Below the pieces are notes generated by a model. It saw nothing but the letters and a program-made list of their open reading frames with translations. It was not told the DNA's origin and searched no databases. DNA of 42,504 nt. Source: Nanobdellati archaeon. GTDB lineage: Archaea > Nanobdellota > Nanobdellia > Woesearchaeales > JAADFO01. Of the stretch, positions 20,091 to 27,819 are shown one piece after another. The stretch lies in NCBI GenBank assembly GCA_013152815.1, contig JAADFO010000016.1, positions 1 through 42,504 of the forward strand. The letters run 5' to 3'. Both the position numbers and the translations under genes were made by a program. The stretch's first letter is position 1; every line of letters starts with the position of its first letter.

Positions 20091-21080
20091 ATGAGAACCC
20101 GACAGACAGGCACCGAAAAGCAGGAAAAGAAGAGATACAGGACACAGCTCTTCCTGACCCTGGGACTTCTCCAGCTCACGCTCCTCGTCCTGCTCCTCCT
20201 TCCCAGCCCTCAGACGGTCATCGGCCAGACCTACTACTCCAACACCACGGTCCTCACAAAACTCAACATCAGCAACGCAGCACCCATCGTCTATAATGTC
20301 TTCATCTACGACAATGATTCTCTGGCCGGAGGCGACATGATACTGACTCCCGGGACCACGGACAGGATATTCTGCAACGCCACGGTCAACGACAGCAACG
20401 GCTGGACCGACGTCAACATATCCAACGGAACCCTCTTTCATGCAGGGAATTTCAGCGACCCCAACGACAACAATGTACGCTATGAGAACACCTCCTGCAG
20501 CATCATGCAGAACAACGGATTTGCCGACAGCGCTCTGGTCACCTGTTCGTTCGAGGTGTACTTCTACGCCGATGCCGGAGCGTGGAACTGCAGCATCGAA
20601 GCAGAGGACAATTCCAGCGTCTCAGACCAGGCCTTCGCCAATTCCACCAAGACCATCGCCCAGCTCTATGCCATAGACCTGGACACCGCAGTGGTCGACT
20701 ATGGGGTCCTGAACGTGACTGAGGTCTCGAGTCCTACGACTGTCAACATCACCAACGCAGGGAACATGCACATCAACCTGAGCGTGGAAGGCTATGGGTC
20801 ATCGCTCCATGACGACCTCGCCATGAACTGCTCCAAACAGAGCACCATCGCTGTCGGTCTGGAACGCTATGCTCTCACAGCAAGTGCGAACTGGAGCGTC
20901 AACATGACCCCTTTGACGAGCAACCCGCTCACGAACGGCATCGGGAACCTTACTATCTGGCAAAACGAGGACGATCTTGGGAATTCGACCAACACGACCT
21001 GGTGGGCGATCAAGGCACCCATAGGAGCCGAGTCAGGCGCCTGCAACGGGTCATTGGTGTTCTCAGCGATACCTGCTTAG
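20091..21080 (+). CDS. Secreted family B Cys-rich protein (paralog of 12792-13748)
   Basis: Signal peptide; YYSNTTVLTKLNISNAAP, CNATVNDSNG, CSFEVYFYADAGAWNC, VDYG, TNAGN, GYG...LAMNC, CNGSLVFSA. Confidence 0.9.
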   Translation: MRTRQTGTEKQEKKRYRTQLFLTLGLLQLTLLVLLLLPSPQTVIGQTYYSNTTVLTKLNISNAAPIVYNVFIYDNDSLAGGDMILTPGTTDRIFCNATVNDSNGWTDVNISNGTLFHAGNFSDPNDNNVRYENTSCSIMQNNGFADSALVTCSFEVYFYADAGAWNCSIEAEDNSSVSDQAFANSTKTIAQLYAIDLDTAVVDYGVLNVTEVSSPTTVNITNAGNMHINLSVEGYGSSLHDDLAMNCSKQSTIAVGLERYALTASANWSVNMTPLTSNPLTNGIGNLTIWQNEDDLGNSTNTTWWAIKAPIGAESGACNGSLVFSAIPA

Positions 21081-21159
21081 GCAGGAGAGACATCGGCAAC
21101 AGGCAACACAATCAACGGCAACAACCAATAACGATCGACAGGAACAGAGAACAATCACC

Positions 21160-21957
21160 ATGAAACGAACCAGACCTGAGGTGGGACCAATGAAATGGAT
21201 CAGAATAGGGAGAGGCTTCACGCTGAGCCTCGTCATCGGGATATTTTTGCTATCGCTCTTCGCGATCTGGACAGTCGCCGATCCCGTCGGACCCACCCTC
21301 AACTACATCTCCCACTCGTCTGGTTCCTCTGCCACCGGTTCCCTGGCAGACAACAGCTCCCACACAGGAGGTGTCATAGCGAAGATGAATCTTGATGTCA
21401 GGCAGCAGAATCCCCACTGGAAGGCCTATGTCGGAAACATATCAGGCAACCTTGTATTGGAGGACGGGTTCAACTACTCAATATATGAATGGTCGCTCAC
21501 ATCGCTGCAGGGAGAGGTCTATGCCACCCGGGCATCGAGCATCACCTGGGGCAGCCTGACCTGCGCCAATATCAGCCAGCTGGATATCGAGATGGCAGCC
21601 ATGAACCACACACCCAGCTATACGCTGGTGGACAACATCTCAGCCACGTTCGATGACGATGCCAACAGCCACGCCCAGTTCTATGCCGGATCGACAAATA
21701 TCGCGGCCAACAGCTGTGATTTCTCCACCAACCTCTATGCCAACGATACTGCCCAGAGCGCGGGAGGTTCAACATGGGAAGAGGTCGTCCTGTTCCAGCA
21801 GAGCAACAATGCGACGGTCTACACGAGCATCATCGACGAGAACAACTACGGCTACGCCAACGGCTCGTTCTTCGACTATGAGATCCTCTTGCCAGAGAAA
21901 GGGGAGCCTACCTTCACCGGTGCGACGCCATATTACTTCTATGTGGAGCTGGTCTAG
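21160..21957 (+). CDS. Secreted family A subunit 7 (HWKAYVGN subtype)
   Basis: Signal ending WTVA-DPVGP; HWKAYVGNISGNLVLED, GEVYA, Cys pair, DYEILL, YYFYVELV. Confidence 0.9.
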   Translation: MKRTRPEVGPMKWIRIGRGFTLSLVIGIFLLSLFAIWTVADPVGPTLNYISHSSGSSATGSLADNSSHTGGVIAKMNLDVRQQNPHWKAYVGNISGNLVLEDGFNYSIYEWSLTSLQGEVYATRASSITWGSLTCANISQLDIEMAAMNHTPSYTLVDNISATFDDDANSHAQFYAGSTNIAANSCDFSTNLYANDTAQSAGGSTWEEVVLFQQSNNATVYTSIIDENNYGYANGSFFDYEILLPEKGEPTFTGATPYYFYVELV

Positions 21958-22004
21958 GGAAGGGATTAGATTGTTGGACAAAAGAGAAGCGTGATGAGCG
22001 AAGG

Positions 22005-22415
22005 ATGAAGAAGCATCATCCCAAGAAGGGAGCAAGACCAAGACCGGCAAAGACAGGAAGACAGGCTTATTCCCGCTATTCCCTCTGGATCGGTGTCTTT
22101 CTTCTCATCATCATATCGACGCTGCAGGGCTGCGCGACGACAGTGACCAAGGAAGAGGCAGCGACGACCGCCCTGCAGTTCGTCCGCGGACGGGTGAGGT
22201 TCTTCCCCAGCGGAGAGAACAGCTCCTCATTGGTGCAGACGACGGTCAAGCTGAGCCCGGACAGCTATGAAGAGACCGGTTTCTATGTCATCATCCTCCA
22301 CGCAGAAGCGACCAAGGACAATAAGACTGTCAAGAACGATTTCACCATCGACGTGGACAAGGGGACAGGGGTTGTCCTTCGGGTGAACGGACAGCCTGTC
22401 GGAAAAGCGCCCTGA
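22005..22415 (+). CDS. Small lipoprotein, PepSY-like fold possible
   Basis: Basic n-region, hydrophobic stretch and LQGC lipobox; VTKEEAATTALQFV...IDVDKGTGVV resembles PepSY-type motifs. Confidence 0.7.
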   Translation: MKKHHPKKGARPRPAKTGRQAYSRYSLWIGVFLLIIISTLQGCATTVTKEEAATTALQFVRGRVRFFPSGENSSSLVQTTVKLSPDSYEETGFYVIILHAEATKDNKTVKNDFTIDVDKGTGVVLRVNGQPVGKAP

Positions 22416-22429
22416 TGGCTTCTCTTCCT

Positions 22430-22463
22430 CTCTGCCCTTCTTCTCTGCCCTTCTTCTCTGCCG
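22430..22463. repeat. 13-nt tandem repeat (~2.6 copies) in a convergent intergenic gap
   Basis: CTCTGCCCTTCTT at 22430-22442 and 22443-22455, plus a partial third copy; pyrimidine-rich and a possible terminator. Confidence 0.6.
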
Positions 22464-22516
22464 TTCAGAAGGTGAACAGGCTCAGGCCCGCTGCTGATCA
22501 GTCATCCGGCGACGTC

Positions 22517-25234
22517 TCACCGACGGCCTCTTCCCGCTGTTGTCTTCTTCCCTGACCGCTTCGCCGCTTCTGTCTTCTGCACGACCTCGAGGGCGAGTCT
22601 CATCCTTTCGAGCGCCTTCTCATTCTCACGCTTATCGATGAAGAAGTCACGGAGAAGACCCATCTTCTTCACCAGCGGCCTGAGATCTTCCCGATCCGCG
22701 GCGATCTTCTGCAAGATGCCCTGGTCGAGTATCCTGGTGAGCAGTGCCAGTGAAGCCGACTCTGCTTCATGCACATCCTTGCCCTGGACCCGATGTTTCG
22801 CCAGCCGAATGAGCTCGTTGTAGAGAGCGGTGAGCTGGACCGATGCAAGAAGCTCGTCCTTCTGCCTGAACAGGTCATAGATCCTGCTGGTCAGCTGGAC
22901 CTCTACCTCCCGGATGGAAGTCTCCTCCATCCGTCGGAGCATGGCAAGCCGGTCGGCATGCCCCTGCAGAAGGTGTTTCATACGCAGCACTTTCCGGGAT
23001 TCCACATAGCCGAAATAGAGCAGCAACTCATAGAACAGCAGAGGGATGACCAGGATCAGGAAAAGGGGCAGCCATATCAATCGCTGGACCACATAGAGAC
23101 AGCTGCCGTAGAGCCAGAGATAGAGCGAGAATACCGAAAGGATGAACAGGAGGAAGCCTAAGAGAGATGTGAGACGCTTGGCACGCTGCTCAAGCCGCCC
23201 CTTTCGATAGACTCCAAGGCGGTACAGGGTATAGTTCATGACCAGCAGGATGAGAAAGAGCAGGAGGAAGAGCAAAGCGAAATAACGGAAGAACCTCAGG
23301 GGGAAGACCCGGCAGTCCTGCATGCAGCCGCAGCCTTCTCCTGCTGAGCAGATCCCGTCCCCGCAACCCACGAGACCAGGATGTTCAAGGAAAGGATAGA
23401 GCGGATATTGGGTGATGGGAGCTATGAGGCAGGCTGCACATGGCCCGCCGCAGTCGATGCCTTCCTCTCCCTGGTTCTGGATGCCGTCGCTGCAGGTGGG
23501 TGCAACACAGGCACGAACTTCTTCGGGCTTTTCCGGACCCTCGATCTTGAGGGACTGGCCAGACCTGAGCGCGTTGGAATGTTTCTCATCACACCTGCTG
23601 GAATCGGTGCATAGCCTATCCTGAGAACCTGCAGTGCAAGGTCCCCAGTCAGTACAGGTCCAGTTCAGCACACAGACACCGGGGATGTGCTGCTTCTTGA
23701 TGCCTGCTCCTTTGCTTCCGGAAGCGCTGGTGGCGCTCTGGCCAGAAGTCTCGCCCGTCGTGCTTTCCTGGGATTCGCCCGTGCCTTCGACGCCTCCGGT
23801 GTCACCGCCAACGCCGCCTGTGGCATCCCCTGCCTCGTCTCCTGTACCCGGGGGGCATGTCCCGCAGTCCTGGGGACAGGAATAGCAGGATTCACCGATG
23901 AGGACAGAGGAACAGATGTCATCCCCGCAGACAAGCGCAGGGAAGATGGTCATGACGATGGTCTCGGTCACGTTGTAGTAGGTGTCGGTAACTCCCAGAA
24001 TGATGCTGTGCTGGCCTTCCATGGCAGCGGACGGGACAAAGGATATCACCCCTGTCACGTTATCGATGGTGAAGAGCGAGGAATTGGTGAAGAAGGTCAG
24101 GGTATCATTGTCTGCATCGGTCGCATTGAGGTCAAGGTGCACACCCAGCCCCACATAGGCCTCCTGGTTCCCGATGGGACTGAGGATCGGGGGATGGTTG
24201 CTGAAAAGGATCGTCAAGAGGAAGGTTGCAGAGGTGCAGTTGTCGAAGGAGCCTGAATCGTCACAGGCAGTGATGTTGATGGAGTGGTTGCCTATCTGTT
24301 CATCAGCAGGGGTAAAATTTATCAGGCCGGTTGATGGAGAGATGTTGAACAGGGTGGAATTATCGAAATAGGTCAGCGTATCGCCGACATCGATGTCAGT
24401 AGCATTGATGTCATAGATGAAGAGGTCCCTCGCGCGGACGGTCCTGTTCTCAAGAGGCGGGTCGAAGAAGGGACGATCGTTGACGTTGACCACGATGAAG
24501 GTGATGTTCTTGGAATCGGTGAGCCCGAAGGCATCGGTCACGACGACGCTGATGGAATGGACGCCCACATCATCGTTGGTCGGTGTGAAGTTGATCAGCC
24601 CGTTCAGGGGATCGATGGTGAAGAACGTCGCGTTGGAACTGAAGGCATAGGGATCGTCGTTCGGATCGGTGGCATTCACATCATAGGTGTAATGGACATC
24701 TTCAGTGGAGTTGAGCAGGTCATCGATGGACAGGACAGGGGGATAGTTCCTGTCCAAAGAGACGAATTGGAAAGCGGCAGAGATCCAGGTGAAGTTGAAG
24801 AACCGTCGGGTGGGATTCCCATCGATGAAAAAGGTGATGTTCTCTCCGGTCACCGCTCCTTCGTCCACCGAAGTCCCTGCATCGTCTCCGTTGCAGGAAA
24901 GCAGCCCAAAATAGCCGTCGTGCACCATGGTGAAGGAACCGCAGAGCACCCCGTCGCCATCATAGGCAGTGATCATCGTTCCCGAAGAGACGACGCTTCC
25001 GTTCTCGGTGACATTTCCGTAGAACTCGGTCGCGATGGGAGGATATGCAGACACCGACAGGGAGAGGATGATAAGCAGGAGTGCAAGAGCAAGCAGGAGG
25101 GGTCTTCCTGACGTCATCCTTGTTCTCCCAAATGACCTGGAGGAAGCGAAGAACAGGGAGCGTCCTTGCTTCTTTCGGGGTGGGTTGTTGCCGTTCATTG
25201 GTGTGGCCATCTGCAGATCCTTAGACAATCTCAT
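22517..25234 (-). CDS. Membrane-anchored surface protein: N-terminal FYG module, three cadherin/He_PIG-like repeats, Cys-rich repeats, about 3 TM helices and a cytoplasmic helical tail
   Basis: Signal peptide; repeats of NATDxDxDTLTF...F-x-I-x-x-x-TGxI-x-F-x-P; CGDDICS...ESCYSCPQDC, WTCTDWGPC, TCSDGIQNQGEEGIDCGGPC; three hydrophobic segments, then a charged tail. Exact start uncertain. Confidence 0.85.
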   Translation of the reverse strand: MRLSKDLQMATPMNGNNPPRKKQGRSLFFASSRSFGRTRMTSGRPLLLALALLLIILSLSVSAYPPIATEFYGNVTENGSVVSSGTMITAYDGDGVLCGSFTMVHDGYFGLLSCNGDDAGTSVDEGAVTGENITFFIDGNPTRRFFNFTWISAAFQFVSLDRNYPPVLSIDDLLNSTEDVHYTYDVNATDPNDDPYAFSSNATFFTIDPLNGLINFTPTNDDVGVHSISVVVTDAFGLTDSKNITFIVVNVNDRPFFDPPLENRTVRARDLFIYDINATDIDVGDTLTYFDNSTLFNISPSTGLINFTPADEQIGNHSINITACDDSGSFDNCTSATFLLTILFSNHPPILSPIGNQEAYVGLGVHLDLNATDADNDTLTFFTNSSLFTIDNVTGVISFVPSAAMEGQHSIILGVTDTYYNVTETIVMTIFPALVCGDDICSSVLIGESCYSCPQDCGTCPPGTGDEAGDATGGVGGDTGGVEGTGESQESTTGETSGQSATSASGSKGAGIKKQHIPGVCVLNWTCTDWGPCTAGSQDRLCTDSSRCDEKHSNALRSGQSLKIEGPEKPEEVRACVAPTCSDGIQNQGEEGIDCGGPCAACLIAPITQYPLYPFLEHPGLVGCGDGICSAGEGCGCMQDCRVFPLRFFRYFALLFLLLFLILLVMNYTLYRLGVYRKGRLEQRAKRLTSLLGFLLFILSVFSLYLWLYGSCLYVVQRLIWLPLFLILVIPLLFYELLLYFGYVESRKVLRMKHLLQGHADRLAMLRRMEETSIREVEVQLTSRIYDLFRQKDELLASVQLTALYNELIRLAKHRVQGKDVHEAESASLALLTRILDQGILQKIAADREDLRPLVKKMGLLRDFFIDKRENEKALERMRLALEVVQKTEAAKRSGKKTTAGRGRR

Positions 25235-25240
25235 CTCTTC

Positions 25241-25921
25241 TTAGCTCTTCTTTCTGGAAACCCTGGTGATGAAAAAGACGACTCCGGCAAAGACAAGCAG
25301 GGACAGGGCAATGGCCCAGAAGGGAAAGCTTGGCGTGTGGGAAGGATTCTCCTGACGCGGCTGCCCGCGCCCGCCCTTCCTGTCGGCATGAGCTTCCAGG
25401 ACCAGCTTGAGACGTCGCTGTGTACCGGGCTGCCAGGAAACATTCCCAACAGCGACGGCCGTCTTTCCGTCAACGGTGAACAGGACCTGCTGGCCCGGCC
25501 GCATGACCGGCAGTGCCGAGGAAGCAGGAGGATAGTCGAGACAGCTGAGGAAACCGAACAGCCCTGTCTTCTGGACAACGAAACGGCCGCAGGGTCTCCC
25601 TTCCTGATCGGACGCGACCACTTCAGTATGCGCCGGAGCCGGCTGTCCATCGATATAGACGGTCCCGTAGAAATCGGTGAACGCCACGGGGCCCTGGGCA
25701 GAGACAGGAGGGGACATCAGGGAAAGCATCGCCAGCAAGGAAAGCAACGCAGGCAGGGAAAGCATCGCCAGCAAGGAAAGCAGGGGGTTGACTTTCGCTT
25801 TCATGGCACTCACTCGGATAGCACCCATTCTGACAGCACGCATAGCACGCACCCTGGCCTGTCGCATCATCCCGCTTTCCTTCTTCATCTTATCGTCCTT
25901 CTCCATGTTGTCTGTCTCCAT
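25241..25921 (-). CDS. Small secreted, C-terminally TM-anchored protein with the FYG module
   Basis: TDFYGTVYIDGQPAPAHTEVVA..GRPCG.F.....GLFGFLSC is homologous to the N-terminus of the 905-aa neighbour; C-terminal TM followed by RKKS. Confidence 0.8.
   Translation of the reverse strand: METDNMEKDDKMKKESGMMRQARVRAMRAVRMGAIRVSAMKAKVNPLLSLLAMLSLPALLSLLAMLSLMSPPVSAQGPVAFTDFYGTVYIDGQPAPAHTEVVASDQEGRPCGRFVVQKTGLFGFLSCLDYPPASSALPVMRPGQQVLFTVDGKTAVAVGNVSWQPGTQRRLKLVLEAHADRKGGRGQPRQENPSHTPSFPFWAIALSLLVFAGVVFFITRVSRKKS
25718..25782. repeat. 29-nt direct repeat (36-nt period) duplicating the signal-peptide h-region
   Basis: CAGGGAAAGCATCGCCAGCAAGGAAAGCA at 25718-25746 and 25754-25782; encodes LLSLLAMLSL twice. 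Confidence 0.9.
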
Positions 25922-25972
25922 TTCTTTTTCATTCCTGCGTTTTCATTCTCTGCCTGTCCATCTCCGCATCGA

Positions 25973-26689
25973 TCATTCATCAAGATACCATGTGCCGTTC
26001 GCAGTCATGTTGATCCAATAGCCGTGGTGGGGCTCGAAACGGTGGAGATCGTTGAAGGAGTCGTTGATGGACGGATCGTAGCTCTTCCAGGGATCCATGG
26101 AATCGGTGGCGTTGTAGCCCAGGATGAGCGTGAACTTCGTATCGATCCCGGAAAGCGCATCGGTGACGTTCTTCGGTATCTGCAATGCGTATCCTGCAAG
26201 GTTCCAGCCGGGGATGAGGTCGTTTCGCACCGGCAGGGAATAGGTGCCGTTGATGGAGACAGAGGTGTTGGAGAACATCCTCATCCAATAGCCCTGGGTG
26301 CGTTCCAGGGAGGTGAGGTCCTGGACCACCCACGAAGGAAGCCGGGGATTATAGGCCGACCAGGGATCGTCCGATCCGGCGTGATAGGTATGGATGGAGG
26401 TGATGTTGCTCAGATAGTCCCTGAAGACCGACGAGGGAGATGCGTTGGAAGGGATGCAATGCAGCTCGTAAAGATTGTAGCCCTGGATGAGCGTCGTATT
26501 GCACTCCAGGGGATAGGACGAGATGACGAAAAGCCGGGTCGCCACCTTGCCGGTCACCTTGTTCTCTGATAACGTCCTGTCCGGTCGGTCAGCTGTCAGG
26601 AAGAAACTGCTGACCAGGACAAGAGAGATAGCCAGGAGAAAGAAGAACGGTGTCAGCCATCGGGTAGGGATACCTCTCATGGTGTCCAT
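25973..26689 (-). CDS. Membrane-tethered protein made of the 'GWNL...GYW' double module
   Basis: N-terminal TM, then LIQGYNL...LERTQGYWMRM and LIPGWNLAGY...FEPHHGYWINM. A TATA (CGAAACC-TTTATAA, minus strand ~26703-26717) places the start at 26689 or 26680, not 26809. Confidence 0.8.
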   Translation of the reverse strand: MDTMRGIPTRWLTPFFFLLAISLVLVSSFFLTADRPDRTLSENKVTGKVATRLFVISSYPLECNTTLIQGYNLYELHCIPSNASPSSVFRDYLSNITSIHTYHAGSDDPWSAYNPRLPSWVVQDLTSLERTQGYWMRMFSNTSVSINGTYSLPVRNDLIPGWNLAGYALQIPKNVTDALSGIDTKFTLILGYNATDSMDPWKSYDPSINDSFNDLHRFEPHHGYWINMTANGTWYLDE

Positions 26690-26828
26690 GTCAGAAACTA
26701 GGATTATAAAGGTTTCGACCCCTGAAGCAGAAGCAGGGAAGCAGGATGACATACATGTAGCAACCGGGTGATAGTGACTAAAGTTTATAAAATAGCATGA
26801 CGCTGGCAACTATGGTTAGGGGGTCATA

Positions 26829-27752
26829 TTGGCAATATTCGGAAAAAAGACAGATGATACGAAGAAGACCGATACTCGAGTAGATGATCTTCCAGAGGAG
26901 CTGCCCAGCCTTGCCGAAGAGATCGTCGAGCAGGCAGAGCAGCCGAAGAGTTCTGAGCAGAAGACAGACAAACCAACATCAGGGAAGGATTCAGCCATAC
27001 CTGAAGAACTTCCTGATATCGAACCCGACACCGCACCTCTGGGAAGCCCGGGGGACCAGGACGAGGAGAGAGAGCAGGATGCCACACAGAAAAGAGACGT
27101 CCCCGCCGCTCCGGCACCGCCGGTAGACCAGGACAGCTTCTTCAGGGACATAGAGACACGGCTGAACAAAGCCAAGAACTCGACCCAGGTGCTGAAAGAG
27201 ATGCGCCAGTACTGGATCGACAAGATCGAGAAGCAGGACATCGACATGCCCAGCCTCATCGAGGTCGAGAAGAAGATCAAGGCGAAGATAAGAGAGCTCG
27301 GAGCCCTTGAAAAGGATTGGGTGGCCGACCGGAAACAGCTCGACAGGCTCAGGATCATCATCAGCAACAACGAGGCAGAGATAGAGCTGAAGACCAAGGA
27401 GCTGGTGGCCCTCAAAAGAGAGCATGATCTCATGAAGCAGGTGCAGGATGATAAGCGTTCACACACGGTCGAACACCACAGGACCTTCAAGAACATCGCG
27501 ACCGAGAAGAGACATCATTATACACTGGACAAGGCCTTTGTCCTGAAGGATGGGAGAAAGATCTACTCGCTCAAGGAGCTGGCGAACATCGTATCCATGA
27601 TGACCATGGATGAATTCAGGCATTACACCCATCCGGAGAACCATTTCACCAACTGGATACGGGACGTCTTCCACAATCAGGAACTCTCCTCAGAAGTGGC
27701 CCATGCGAAGAGCCCCATGCAGATGGCTTCGGTCATGACAAGGCACCTGTAG
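26829..27752 (+). CDS. Acidic low-complexity and coiled-coil protein with a C-terminal DUF5752-like domain
   Basis: TTG start downstream of AAAG-TTTATAAA (~26780-26791). FVLKDGRKIYSLKELA...F..Y....NHFTNWIRDVF matches my recollection of the DUF5752 pattern. Confidence 0.75.
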   Translation: MAIFGKKTDDTKKTDTRVDDLPEELPSLAEEIVEQAEQPKSSEQKTDKPTSGKDSAIPEELPDIEPDTAPLGSPGDQDEEREQDATQKRDVPAAPAPPVDQDSFFRDIETRLNKAKNSTQVLKEMRQYWIDKIEKQDIDMPSLIEVEKKIKAKIRELGALEKDWVADRKQLDRLRIIISNNEAEIELKTKELVALKREHDLMKQVQDDKRSHTVEHHRTFKNIATEKRHHYTLDKAFVLKDGRKIYSLKELANIVSMMTMDEFRHYTHPENHFTNWIRDVFHNQELSSEVAHAKSPMQMASVMTRHL

Positions 27753-27789
27753 TCTCAGAAAGATACAGCAGACAGATTCTGTTCTGATA

Positions 27790-27809
27790 GGGGGTTTCCG
27801 GTTTCCCCC
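27790..27809. terminator. GC hairpin between convergent genes
   Basis: GGGGG-N10-CCCCC located between the stops at 27752 (+) and 27820 (-). Confidence 0.3.
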
Positions 27810-27819
27810 TTGCAGCATC

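Noticed and set aside
11113..21957. Type IV pilin or archaellin identity for family A
   Set aside because: No class III signal ([KR]-G/A followed by a hydrophobic N-terminus with E5); the hydrophobic segment precedes the predicted cleavage site; no ATPase or TadC gene in the window.
11113..21957. Diversity-generating retroelement acting on the paralogs
   Set aside because: No reverse transcriptase and no template/variable repeat pair differing only at adenines was seen.
25166..26569. 467-aa + strand ORF
   Set aside because: Antisense shadow of two well-formed minus-strand genes; its repeats simply mirror the 29-nt duplication.
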